Assembly (NCBI GenBank): GCA_040954595.2
Contig: CM082598.2
Span: 2,108,001-2,172,000 of the forward strand
DNA: 64,000 nt
Source: Balanoglossus misakiensis
Taxonomy: Eukaryota > Animalia > Hemichordata
Direction: 5' to 3'
Part shown: in pieces, positions 40,331 to 54,900 of the stretch
How positions within the stretch are numbered: position 1 is the stretch's first letter
Layout: each line of letters begins with the position of its first letter
The notes under the pieces: generated by a model
What the model was told of the DNA's origin: nothing
The model's database searches: none
The model's input: the letters and a program-made list of their open reading frames with translations, nothing else
Position numbers and translations under genes: made by a program

Positions 40331-42797
40331 CTGCAAAGGATAAAGTGGTTACTGATTTAATGTATTCATGAGATGACAACTGTAGTGCACTAAAATAAAA
40401 AAAGCTGGCTTTCCGAATCTAAATATGTAGCGTATCACTACTAGTGTGCCGTTATATGATCCCGATCGGCACTGCCCTCAGCGGCTGATTCTTGACAAAT
40501 ATTTCCTGCTATCTGTCAGTATACACTGCATTAGATGCATGCCTGCTTGTGCTTTTCTCAGACTTTACCCTTTTCAATGCTATAGTCAACTGAAACCATA
40601 AGGTTTCAGTGAGAATAATAGACTTCAAATGATTTAATCACAAAGAAACATGCACGTACATACATCACATTCTTCAATAGCTTCTTCGAGATTCGTCACA
40701 ACCAGCGGAGAACTTGTCTTCGCTGATATGCTGATGGCAGTGATGGTATTAACAGAAGAAATGGTCGTCTGTCGGCTGGCCGAATTTGTTCTCGTCCTTG
40801 TGTCGTTGGAACTTCGATCCTGAACGATGAAAAAAGTGAGACGACTTATTAGGCTTGGAAAAGCAAATTAATTTTTACACTGCACAGAGTACGAAGTAAT
40901 AATAATATAAATGGCAGTGTCACTTTTTAATGAAATACTTAAAGTCTTAATGTACACCGGACTCGCTGATATAAGTGGATTAATAGGGTAGTCAACTATT
41001 GAACAGCCAAAAAACAGTGCTTTTCACAAAGTTTATATAGCTGATTGTACTGTGATGTCTCAGTCAACTACAGGTGTGCGTTTCACATTGATGAGATTGT
41101 GTGCTTGTCCGAAAGACAATGATTTTCTAAAACAAAACTGAAAAGAAACCTACAGGACCATGTACTAATCAAGGCACGTACCTTGGTGTTCTCAGGACTA
41201 ATACCAACAGAGGGCGTACCAAAGCTGCTCTTGGTGAGAGCCCAGTTCTTCTGTTTTCGTTTCAAGGCATTCCTGACTTCCGTGTTCATCGCGCAGTGGA
41301 ACACAAAAATAAAAAATCCCTAATAACAAAAAAACCAACATTAATCGAAATTGTGCGAACATAACATGCACGTGACTATATCTTGAGTTGAATATGCTTT
41401 GCGTAATAATAATGATAATGCGACAACATTTAATAATGTAGTTAGATGTCTTGGGTTCCTAGATGGACCGCACTAAACTGCCATTATACTTTGAAAAATA
41501 CATTGTATACGCACATTACTAGCCAAGGTGTTTCATGGGATACTTTGATGACATTGTTGCTTCATTTCGGGCCTTATCGATTCTTTACTGGGAATGTCGC
41601 CCTCCAAAAAGCAAACTTCAGTACTTTTGTTTTGTTCTCTCACCTGGAATGCGTTGAAGATGGTGAAAAGGTACTGAAAAACAACCAGTTTTTCGTTGAT
41701 CGCAAATATTCCAAATATCCATGTCAGACCGAGTATCGGTAGAAGGATGGCTGCAGCCTTGGCATTGTTTCTGGACAGACAAAAAAAACCCAACAATAAC
41801 CATATTTATTAAATTTGCCACTAAGGCACTTAACCTAAGTTCTCCTACTAAAATGTTGAAATAACGATGATTTTTGCATTACAAAAACATTGGTAAATAT
41901 GGGTCTTTTGGCTGAATTTTTTCATAGCAATACTTCTTTTAAAAATTACATAGACAGTTTCACAAGTCTGATTGGATATAGCTCCATCTAAAAGATGTTT
42001 GATTTTTCACTGCAAATTTACTTGACAAGGACAGTGTTCATCGGAAGATGTGCCCTTGGTGAAAACGACCTCCAATTATGTCTTTGAATTTTCTTTATCT
42101 ATGTTTGCATTACATGATTTTAATCAATCTTCTATGGATTTAGCAAATATAGAAATTGATAAATTATAACTGGATTTATGGAATGTCAACAACTTGGGAG
42201 AACTCTACCTACAACAAAATACCATCATTTAAACCTACTTCAAGTTTGTTAACTTTGTACTTTTGTCCAGATTTTTCCCTTGCACTGTGACAATCTCCAT
42301 CATGACTCGAGTCAAAAGGTAGATATTGATAGCGATGATGAGGAGAACAGGCCCAAGGAACGCCCATGTCAAATTGTTTTCTGATGACAGCCAGCAACTG
42401 TAAAACAGAACGAGTTCGTAAGATCTGGTCAACTATGTTAGCTTGGGAAAGAATCAGTCTCAGGAACATATCTGACAACAATTCTCATGCACATCCTTGA
42501 GAGGTTAGCTTGTTGGATTTCTATTCAGATGCATCATCATTTTGTATTCAGTCTTTCTTATTTTATGCACTGTGAAATGCTAGGAACAATTTGTCAATAC
42601 TCACTACGAGGGTGTTCCATATCCTTCTGGTCTTGCAGCAGCTGATATACCAACAAATAGACCGGGACAGACTGTCAACAAAAATAGGAAAATGTCTTTG
42701 CTTAGATCTAGCATCATTATCATTCCAGTGGATTAGCTATTGTGTAACTGTCTTATATTTCAAATTACTCATTTAAAATTTGTGGTGGTAGTGGTGG

Positions 42798-42839
<42 letters not shown>

Positions 42840-42862
42840 CGATGATGACGATGATGATGATT

Positions 42863-42929
<67 letters not shown>

Positions 42930-45900
42930 CAAAAATCTTACCGTAGCCAATGATGTAATACATTCTCATTTTACTGGTCCCGGATGTGAAAACCTTGACA
43001 ATCTGGGTGTACAGGTAAAGACCTTCCACCAACATCCATGCAAATGAGCTCAGTAGAAAATAATGAAGGAGCACAGCTATGAAAGTGCAGGCAATCTAAA
43101 GCAAAAGAAAGCAAAGTAATTTAAGTATTAAATACAGAGTATGCAATAGGTTCTGCAGTATCAAATAAGGAATTAAATTTATCTGCCCAGATTAGCATAA
43201 GCATCGACTACATCTAACATGCCAGTTGCCCTTTAAAACTTTTTCTATTGCTGGGAAAATCTGTGACCCATGACTCAACTTTCGCAGTACACTGAGTAAA
43301 CTAAAGTGTATAGGTATCAATCACTGTAACTATACCTCATTTTCTGTGGCGTTAATGCCAACCAGAAACACGATCAGACTCACGCCAATTGCAAACACCA
43401 GGTTTTTATGGATACTGTTTCTCTCGCACGAGATGCTCCTAGAAACGCAGAAAAACATATTACTATTTGCATGCTTGCAATTTCGAACAAAAGAGAAGAT
43501 ATTGGCGTAGATATCGTGTTGACACTTACGAGAGAAGCTCTCAGGTTTTTGGTTACAGTATGAAGATTGATTTGACAATGAGGTATTGAAACCTGCAACA
43601 GCTGAGATAATAATCTCAGGGGTGTATGATTCAGTGCATTTATAATTGCTACATCACGATGGATCTGCATTTTAAGTGTAAAAATGTATATCGTATCGCA
43701 TATCGCTTGAGTGTGCAGATTGAGAATATCTATCTGTTGACATCCGTGCATATCTTCATCAATAAACGTACTAGCTATGCCAGCGTTTCTTATTAGAATA
43801 TGCAACTTATCCTTAGTATGAGTTCAAAGTACTATTCAGAAGAATGATTGCATACCTAATAATTTGGAAGATGACCCATGTAATACCTAGGGCTGTCAAT
43901 GATATAGTGCAACCGATGTAAGTGATTATGCTTAGGGCGAAGTCGTGCACTCTATCGATCTGGAAAATAAAATACGAAATCCATGGTTGACTTCTGTTCT
44001 CACAGAGGACGGAATGAATGAAACCAGTGTCATTGCTTCATTGGATAGTGGAGATATATTAATATATCTTCAATACCAGTGCTACTAATTCCTCAAATTT
44101 TACTCTTCTTTTTTCTGCAATTACACAGCTTAACAATTTATTAACATTATCACTTACCTCAACAGGGTCATGTTGCATGAGAATGGCGAAACTTGTCAAG
44201 TGGTAACATTGGCAAACAGTGACATCATCCCTGGAGAGTTCGGACTTCATCTTGCATCCATCAGTGCTCCATAGGCCTTCGGAACCATCACTGTGGAAAA
44301 GGCAAATTCTGGTAAGCTCACAGATTCCTCGTTAATGCGTCATCGTGTTGCTGCTTTGCTTCAGAGGTGATTTCAAGTTTGATGGAATTAATCTAGCTTA
44401 CAGGCTAGATGATGAATCTAGCAAGAACTGTCCCCACTCGCCACATATTACGCAATTGCTGTAAGCATTAGTAAAGCAATGGCAAGATTCTACTGTAATA
44501 TAGCCTGAGGGCTGTCTGAATTGCATATGTGCAACACTTTAAATTTGCCATACTTTGACTAATGCCTGCAACTGTGTCATATGGGACCCATACCGTGAAC
44601 GATCGACCCCTGTAAATCTAAGGTGTGAGATGATGATACATGTAACTCTCTCCAAGTACAGTAAAACCTGTCTAAACCGAACACCAAAAGGACTGAAGAA
44701 ATTGTTCGGTTTGCAGAGGTGTCCGGATTATATAGGTTCTTTCAACATGTGGTTCTATGTTGAAGGGACTGGAAAAGGTGTTCGGTATAGACAGGTTTCC
44801 AGATTAGACAGTGTTCAGTTTAGACAGGTTTTATTGTATTAGCTCAGAGAGTGGGCCCCCAAAATAACCTTGCTTACCTCGAGAGAAATTTCCAATAGAC
44901 ACATGTCGGGTTGAAGTAACTCTGGGATACTGTTGAATGGTGTAGTGTTATTTCAATCGGTGTTTCTGGATCGATGATCGGTGGCAACACTGAGGCAGAG
45001 ATGATGCGACTATTGAGGATGTACTCATACTCATGGTCACTATGTCAGACAAAAAACAACAGAATTTTAGACTTCTCCAAGTGACTAAAGTGTCGGTAAT
45101 TCCTTGAACCAAAAGGAAGATCTGTTAGTTGTTGCCTAAAGTGAAGTTAATCCCACCCTCCAGGATGGAGAACACAGTGTTCAGTTTATTGTATGTAACA
45201 CAAAGCTTACTCACACATCGACCATGATTTCGTTAGGTTCAGACTCCGAGGAAAACCATTTTTCAATATTCCTATAAGCAATGCCGACGACGTTAAGGAT
45301 AAGAGTATCTGAAATCGAACAAAAGCAATGCTTAATTCTAAGTTCTTATAATAAGTAATAATCTTCAGTTTATAATGATGTGTGAACAACGGCCTCAGCA
45401 ATTCAGATTTTCAAGAGAAATGGCAGATATGCATTACCTGACGGGACTGATTTTGCAGGGATGATAATATTGTCGTTGGTCCTCTTGTCGCTGTTTGTAT
45501 TGATTTCCTCATCCGGCCAGGTTGGAACAAACGTCCATCCTTCGAAAGTCTTGTTCATGTATGTCTTGAGTTCCACATCTGTCATGAAAGAAAACAATCG
45601 TGTCTACTTTGAGAAAAAAAGCCACCCACAAGACGTTGGACAACCCAGGAATATACAAGCGAAATTTTAGTTTTCAAGAAAAGCAGATACTGACTTACAT
45701 ATATTATTGTGTGGAAAATCTTGGGCATTGCTTCCTTGGACCATTTGATGATTTGCGTACTGGCTGGCAAGGTGTTCTGTATTCCATAATATTTGACTTA
45801 GCAAAGGAGATGCGAATGACTGCAAGGGAAAACAGACTTGTGTAGTTGGCTTAGTACCACATATGCGTGTAGGGCAGGACTCGCTTACTATTTTCGAAAC

Positions 45901-48900
45901 ACCTGACATCACTTACTGGTCTTTTTTGCCGGAAGTTCGTATATCTTACTTTCACAGACTTGACTTAGTGTTTTGTTGAGCTGTATCGCTTTGTGACACT
46001 TATATCGATAGACTGAATACGTACGTACACCAGTTATCTGATACGCTTTAATCTAGGACAGCCATTATGTCGTGTATTATTTTGTTATATAGTATGACAC
46101 ACTTTCCTAGCCGTATAAATTGAACAGTAGTCGTTTTAGTAACAAAAGGGTCATGTCCTTTTACTAAAACTGAATTACATTAGCCGCTCAATTTCAGGGC
46201 ACGATTTCAGACTTATTATGAAGGCAATTAGTGGTCAATTGAAGGGGGGGGGAATGTTCGACAGAAAAAGAACTGTGAGGACTTACTGATGAAAGCGTAT
46301 TCCATGATTCTTCTCGATCAAGTAACCTGCTGACTCGTAGTAAATATGCCTGGAATAAAGACAGTAATTTTCCAAATGGAAGTAGTAAATTGGGAAAATA
46401 GCCCTGTCTATAAAGGCCACCCGTCTTTAAAGGATAGTGTAGGAAATAGCCTTTACTGGCCGATACAGTCAGGTTTTTACTGTTATTTACCTAAGAACCC
46501 AAGCCTACATTGGCCAAACATGACACCCCACCCATATGTACATTATGCACGATCGATCATAATGTTTTCTTACTTGAAAGAACAGTTGAAACAGCTCAGA
46601 GTCTGTAGTGTTTTCAATGTCCTGCTTTGCTATTTCCGATGAGGTTATTGCGAGAGCAGTCATAATGGTGACGTCATCACTTGTATGTATGAGCTCGACA
46701 AGGTCCGTGGTATTTTCCAAGAGCTCGTACGCAATTTCAAGATTCGTAGGTAAATCCCTGGTGAGAACCTCAACCTGTTACAAGGAAGAAAGTTGCAAAT
46801 TATAGTTATAAGTAATTGCATTAAATTATCTGGTATGTTCAGTTTGTACAGAAATTTCCACACTGAAGCGACAGATAGCAAGATTTTGCCATACAGTACA
46901 GGGAAGGCTTAGCACCCAACTTCAGAATGTGCTGTTTGTGGGTCATTTCCCTGAATGCGTAGAGATACATGTAGATATCTAATCGCACTAATTGCACATG
47001 GGCTACCATTAACCTATTCTCTCTGATCCATAAACGCCTTGCAGGGATTTCAAATAATTTCTCAGAGGAGCTGATAAAAAGAGCATGTCTCCATTACATT
47101 GATTAGAATGCACTGGAGTTTATTCACTGCAGCACAATAGCAAAAAGTGCGCAGGGTGTTTAATCTCGGAAAATTGTAAGACGTGATAGGTGTTCTTCCA
47201 TACTCTTTTCCAGTTCTTTTCCAGTCGTGGGTAACTGGAACGAAATGAATATCGGATAACGTTTTGTACCCGAACTCGCTCACTGCCGTTAAGCTGTAAC
47301 AATTTATCGCTGTCCAATATATTAAGAAACAAACTTCCAAGACCTATGTACAGAGACGAGAGAGTATGCTTAACAAATATGAATATTGACTTACAGTCAT
47401 GTACATCTCAGAAAACTTGGATCCACTGTAACAATTCGTCATATCTGGTTCTTCCCAGAAGGCTGTGTTGTTTTCTTGATTGCAATGGCGTGTGGCAGTA
47501 TCTGAAGTTCAGAAAAAGTTTTAATAATTACTGTTCAGGTCATTTTATATCCATTTCTCATATTTCCGAAATTGTGGTAGATTCTGTTTCAACCAGCAAG
47601 AAATCTGCGAGATATTGTATTCTTTGCATCTTTATCTGTACACTCTTTACATTGGCTACACCTGGTTGACTGTGAGAATTAAATTTCTCGCAAATGCAGA
47701 GCGAGAAAAGTTAATTCTCACTGACCTATTGTGAGAAAACACAATTCTCGCTGACCTAACTGCAAGGAAGATTGTGTTCTGGCATGGTTCTCGCGGAACA
47801 GTGAGAAAATGTCCGTTCCTCGCTTTTTTCTCACAAAATGCTGTACTAGTGTAAGCACGGTAAATTAGAAGGGACTGTAAACCTTTAATAATCTCTGTAC
47901 CGATACATCACTATGTTCTCCTGCATAGCCCCATTAGCAAACGTAATCCCCTGTACACATTGGACATGATCTTGCTAGCACAATTCAAACTCAACAGCTT
48001 ATGCTGTCCCTCTATAACCTTATGCAGAGCGAGTCAGAGCTTAGCCAAAATCGCTGCCTATATGTTGAAAATCATTAGTACCAATCAAGGGGCTTTATAA
48101 AAAGCGATTTACAGAAGGAGACGCTAAGATAGCCAAAACAAACGAGTTTGTAGAAACATTGCAAGGTTAAACTGATCAATGACAGTTATACACACTCTTG
48201 TCACGTCCAGTTTTATGACGGAATTAGAGCTAGCACTCTTAAGGTGAACGTTGATAGGTTTCAGGCATCTTGTATACAAATGCCATTAAGTAATTTCCAT
48301 GCAAATCGGTCTGTGCAGCAAGCTCCTATTTCTTAAGACCCAATGGAACTTTTGAAAGGTTGTGAAGAATGCGATAAGACAGCAGAAAGGCTTTAGAAAA
48401 GTTTTCGATATGATCCAGTACCTTCAGTGTCGATTCTCTGACAGGGAATTTCAATGGACTGTCCAGGTGACGTCATCGGCCACAGAATCCCATACACTGA
48501 TATTTGATCACACATCTCTGAAAAGATAGATAACTAGAAATCAAGATTCAGGATAAAATCTTACTTTCCTTTCAAAGTACTACAGCAGATTTTTTGGCAC
48601 CTATCACTATTTGAGACATTTCAGTTTCTGTCCATATCGAATTTGATATCATACGTAGATAATTGTAAACTCAGTATTGCATAGTCTATGCTACGAGATG
48701 GACCTGATTATTCGTGATGCAAAGATATATATCGTACTCATCCAACACTAACGAGAAAATATGCTCTTTCTTATTGACTGTGTTACCATGGTTGTAGCGG
48801 TTACGTTTAGCTGCTGATAAGCCAATCAAGGTTGCGAATTGACTATCAATAAATTAGTATATTTAGGTTAGCATGCGGAAAGGCATATCGGCTATATAGT

Positions 48901-51900
48901 TTTGAAATTCTTCAGTTCTACATATGCTGAGGACAGGGAATAATATGAGAAATTTTACATAGATGGTTGCATTGGCAATTCCTTCGTTCGTTCTTCCGTC
49001 CATCCATCCATCCACCCACTCACCAACCCATTCATTCATTCATTCATTCATTCATTCATTCATTCATTCATTCATTCATTCATTCATTCATTCATTCATT
49101 CATTCATTCATTCATTCATTCATTCACTCACTCACTCACTCACTCACTCACTCACTCACTCACTCACTCACTCACTCACTCACTCATTCATTCATTCATT
49201 CATTCATTCATTCATTCATTCATTCATTCATTCATTCATTCATTCATTCAATCTTTCTCATTTGGAGTGGGTTTGTATAGAAGAATAATTACCGATTTCG
49301 TGACATACCTTGTTTGACCAGAATAATAATAGTTGAAAAATGTCAAAATGATTTTATGTACCTGTCATATTTTGTGAGTCAGTTGTTAGAGATGGCGTTG
49401 TTGCAGGAGGTTCAGTCTGTGTGTTGGTCCATTCTGATATCTGTCAAGAGAAAACATTTGAAAATGCAATATGTAATGATTAATCCCATGTAAAAATGTT
49501 TTAATGTTTAGATCATTGCCATGTCTAATTAAGGGAAGCTGTTTGTGAAGGCTTAACATAGAGTTGTTGATGCAGTATCTTGAGGGGGGGGGATGCAAGA
49601 CGATGGAGATAATGTATCAGGTTTTAGTTCACTTGGATGGAAGTTAAGACTAGACTCACAGGCCTTTGTAATCGCAAATGATGATAGCGGCCCCTGAGAA
49701 ACGATTTGCAATCAAGTGTACTCTGACTTTTCATTGTCATATCCGATCCTCAATGAGTATGTCTGTCTTTTTAAAACGATCTACGGTGATACTCCGATCA
49801 CTAACAAGACCACACCACCGTCGTTTTGTGGCACCTAAATTTCACCAGGACAACGCTGTGTAGCATCAATTGCACACAGCCTCCGGCTAGTCGCACTTTG
49901 ACTCCGAAATTATCAGTGCGTGCATACCGGATGTCACCAAGAGAGTTACTAAGGCGACAGCTTGTGATGGCGGAAGTGTTGATCGACAAACCCCCATCAG
50001 TTCTGCTGGGGGTTTATTTTATACAATTTCATGGAATCAAATCGATGCATACATAATTAGAATACCTTGGTGGCATCATTTTGTAAATCTGTAACTACTC
50101 TTGGAAATATTTTCGAAAATAACTACAGTAAGCTTAAATGTTTTTGCAGATAAACGAAAACAAAATGGAGTGACCTCAACTGTGAAAAGGTAGTGACTGA
50201 TCATATCCGTCAGTAAGGTGGTTTTTCCTTCAAGATAAATCAAATTTCCATGCTTTCATTGATTGATGAAAAGATCTGTAATAGACATAGGTTGAGAGTT
50301 GAAATTAGATTAATGTTTAATTGGATTATTATACACAGTTCAAGGTGTGTCTTCGTAAACGACAGTTATTAAGCATTGTCATAATTTATCATAAACTGAT
50401 TTCAAACTAAGCCCCTTTTAAAATCTAGACGTCAAAATACGACCATTCTCTGACTCATCTTCTCTACACCAATTCAACAATTTGGCAATGCCTTGATGTT
50501 TAACATTAGCCGATATGTGAATCAGAGTGTGGTTCAATTTTCTCACATGCAACGATGGGTGAATCGAACGGGAACTTTTCACACTGCGACTGATGCATAA
50601 TCACCATATTTTCAGGCAAAATACCAAATAGCCTTTTTAAAAGTCTTTCAATATGAATGATGATTGCAAGAGATTCCCTTCTTACACAACGAAAAACTTC
50701 CATGGCATCTAAGATTGATATGTCATTTATACTGTCTTTAGGAGAAAATCTAAGTACCCATTAATGTAGATGATGGGTACTTATGATCGTTCGATGAGCT
50801 CTCCATTAAGACTCTTCGATTCTTTATCAGGAAACAGGTTTATGGTCATTCCGGTTGTAAATATTGTTTATGAGACGGCATTACAGAACCAGGCAAATGG
50901 GTGACGTCATGGTGTCATAAAAATCAAAGGTGGCGTTCGGGTCATTAAATACCCGTTTACTGGTCATATTACATTGGCGGAGGACGGAAAGATGAATTAC
51001 TGAGGCGTAGGCAGTGTTTCGCGCTATTAACCCTAGCGTTTACCCCGCAAGTGTCATTAAAGATCTTGTGGTGTGTAGTTGCCTTGCCTTGCTAGAAACG
51101 ATTAAGCGACAAAACAAATAAAAACATCAAAATATTGCACTCAATGATTATTATTTTTCAGCAAAACTACAACCAGAGAAGTTTGCTGAACTCAGTCTGT
51201 CTTGAATCTACACGCTTGTGTTATTTTTAATAATGAATGGAAAATATCACTCTTGGGTGTTCAAAGACCGGAAAATCTCGAATCGTGAGATTGATTTTAT
51301 GGAAGAATTGTTTCACGCGATATCCAGTATGATTAAATTCACAGCAAAATTAACTGTCAACAACAGAGATATTCTGTTGACGTCACACTGAGACATAAAC
51401 CCCCCCCCCCAGTAACAAACAGTGCATATGTTTTTGTACATTGAAAAGTATGCAACACACAACCCTAGAAACTACACGTACACATTTTGTACTGTATTTC
51501 CTTATTTTGTTTTTGTCAGCGTTAAATTGGCACTGGGTCGCAATTAAGATAGATTGAACTAAACATAACCAGATAAATTCAACGTAAAATAGAGTTCGGA
51601 TAAAACGTTTAGCCTACGAGTAATAACCGGGAAACCTTTTACAGGAATATAATCACCACTCAGGTGGTGCACACAAATGATGTCACTAGCAGAAAATGAA
51701 TCAAATATGCTATCAGTAATAAAGATTCACAATTGTTGGCACATTTTGAAGCAGTTATTACTGCACTTTAGCCATCATGCTTTTCGGCAAAATTCTTTTG
51801 ATCATGGTGTTTTGAATATCTCTTTGGAAAGGCAATATTTTGTACACATCGGCTTAAGGATGGGTCTCGTTTGATAGAACGTGTATCTCCCTTTTCACTG

Positions 51901-54900
51901 ATCAAATGCGTACATTCATTACAGTACATCACAGTCTGATTGTGTGAAAAGAATTTGTGAACAACAACATTTGAAGGCTGGATTTTGTGTAGAGCTAGAA
52001 TGGATCACCTTAGCAATCATTTCGCAAATGGTACAATTTAACGACATAAAAATAACAGTGCTCATTTTATAGCGATTTGTGTTTTGTTGATATGAAAAAC
52101 CAAGTACATGATATGATCAGATAATTCCTTTGGCATTTATATAAACAAACAGATCATTCAGAAACTCTCTGTATTTGTTTGTGTGACAAACACGATGAAA
52201 TTGAAACATTTAGATGATTTTCTGCTCATTGCAAAATCTTTTTTCTTCTTCCGGACGCCTTCATATATGGCCCGCGATTTGAAGCTTGAACTCGAGGTTG
52301 TACGATTGATTCAATGAGAATAAATCCCTCTGACAGGTTTGCTAATAGTTGTATCTCACTTAGAAGACATTCTGAGAGTGTTCTGCAGAGTAAATTGATA
52401 TTTAATACGATCTAACTGATAGAAAATGTACAAATTGCCTTGTGAAGGTATTAATGCTATTCTACAGCGAACGTGCCTCTAAAGCTCATCATCCAGTTTG
52501 TGCGTTCATCATCATAAATCTCGGGCAACCAACGCCAAAACTTGCGTCTTTAGTGGAGGGGCGACTTACAATACATATATACATGCTTTATTTTGAAGAT
52601 GTAATCTCACTGCTTAAATGCCATTCGCCGTATCTCTGAATAATTTAAATTTCAGTTCTGTTGGTGACTTAATTCGAACTGAGATTAGTGTCAAAATTAA
52701 CACGGAGAGAGACAACAGAAGATCCCAATAGAATAAATCCCTTTCTGATTATTCTGGAGAATGTCTAATGTAATCACTCGACCATGTTATCATTGGCCAA
52801 GCAATGCAATACGGATAGTAAAAGTGTTATAATCTATCAGGGCAACGCCAAGTGATTGAAATTCAGGCAGTGTTTGTTTGTGCGCATTAATATGTATGTC
52901 ATATCTAGAACAGTATAAACCTGTTATCAGCTATTAGTAATTCAAATATTAAAATGCCAATGGTGTAGACAGTTTAGGACTGAAATAGTAGGAAAATGTT
53001 TGCTATTAAATGTGCAATTACTAACATCTCTCAGATAATAAGGAAGTGATAAAATATGTCACTATAATTCAACTCTTGTAAATTTTCATGATGATGAAGT
53101 TTGAGCTGGGATCTCCCTTGATGTATGTTTAATGGTGAACAGACATGTAAATTTGTCATTAAAGCGTTAGTAATTCATGTTATTGCGCTCTGTTCATCCC
53201 AGAAGATACATGTAGAATCCCTCGCATACGCTGGTATGCAAAGGGGATTAGCAACTTCCCTGCGTTGACAATATGAAACTGGTAATTGTGTAAGGTCAGT
53301 GTATAGAGTTCATCTTCTTTTATTGAAGTTTCAACGTAATCCTATGTAATGAGCAGAAATCTAGACCTATATCAAAACTTATAATAACATGTACTTAGAA
53401 TTACAATATAAAAATTCCCAGATTTGCATTTTTTCTAATAGATGGATTTCTTCATCACTCTATAAATTTACCAGTACACAGTCTGCATAGAAATAACGTT
53501 AACGCTCTCAGACTGTCATGATCGTGAATTTGTAGGCAAACGGCAGTAGATGTCAGTTGTATGCTATTTGTCCTATACAAATACTACCCTGAACGCCTAT
53601 TTGAAGAAAGTTTGCATGCGTGGGCCGCGATACACGTAAACCCACACAGGTGATTGCAAAGTTGTTGGGACTGTACTTTGCATAGTCAATGTAAGTCACT
53701 GTGACTGCCAATATATGGGGAAAATAATGAATGCACCACACCTGGTCACGCAAATATTCAAATTACAAAAGTAAGCGAAAACACACCTGGTCACAAAACA
53801 ACAACAAACCTAACCTACATAACAATTGGTAATTCTGAATTTTTTAGAACTCATTATGATAAAAGATACTGTATAATCACCAAAACATATGTTAACGAAA
53901 TGAAAATGATATTACACATAGTTGCAAATATTGCAGTGTACTTTCTACACTGGTGATTGCTCGGGCGATGAGGCAACACTTGTGCTAGATGGATCACTTG
54001 TAGCCGTATGGGCTTCATAAAAGATATGTAATTGAAAAATTATAGGTTTGACATTGTGGCATACTTTCTCTGTATAACCTTCTAACAGACGGGATTACGT
54101 CATATTATCAGCTCTTAATCACTGTTTATTGACGCTTGCTTTAAGAGAAGTCCATGATCGTACACTGTCCACTTCTGTAGCAATTAGGGCGTGAATTATT
54201 TATTTGGCTAATGCGCGTAATTCAAAGTGATGCAGTGAATTTGACACTTTCTGTAGCACATGCGTGACATGATGAAAAGAGTCTTTCCAAGATGTGAAGC
54301 TTGTAGAGAGAGAGATAAATTTTGTAATAGAAATTGCGAAAATGTGAACGATATCAACATTATCTGTGGAATGAAAAAAATCTTGTGCTCAAATGTTCAG
54401 ACACATATTCTACATCCTACACAGTGTGCACGAAAGAAGACATTTCCATCTACCTACATTCAATTTCAGACAAGGTGCCTTTAAACTGAACAGCTAAGAT
54501 GCTGTTGAACATTGAATCATTCCAACGAGGAATTCCCAGGGGATATTTCACACAAAATGGCAGAGTCTCGACTCAGAGATTGGATTTCCTTTTCATTGAC
54601 ATTCGTGGCCAATGGGATTTTCCAGACGATGACATTTTCAAATGAAAAGGTTACATTTTCAGCTATCCACTTCCTTAAGAAGGTCTCAGCTACCTTTTAG
54701 ATATATTCAAACTAAATCCAATCCTAACTTTTCTTCCTCAAAAGATTGTGTCCAAGTTACCCCCAAACATCAACATTTTCAGCATTTGTCAGGAACCTTT
54801 CTACATTGTTTAAAACACCACAAAATATTCACTGCCTAAATACATTTGTACTGAATGAAAAGAATCTCAAGATTACCAGTATATGCATCGCGCTTTGTTT

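Noticed and set aside
42740-42946. Poly-Met ORF (+) and poly-Ile tail of ORF 42769-43074 (-)
   Set aside because: Intronic (GAT)n repeat; the real exon ends at the GTAAGA donor at 42941.
20755-43236. Scattered CCCTTTAA/TTAAAGGG motifs (~20761, 23406, 33238, 34748, 43229) resembling TTAA-type MITE ends
   Set aside because: I could not pair them into elements with matching TIRs, so boundaries are unsupported.
49300-49330. Strong-looking donor AAG|GTATGT downstream of aGPCR exon 2
   Set aside because: Extending exon 2 to it crosses an in-frame TAA.
50751-50783. Hairpin TAAGTACCCAT-N11-ATGGGTACTTA
   Set aside because: Isolated 11-bp stem in AT-rich intron; plausible by chance, with no supporting context.
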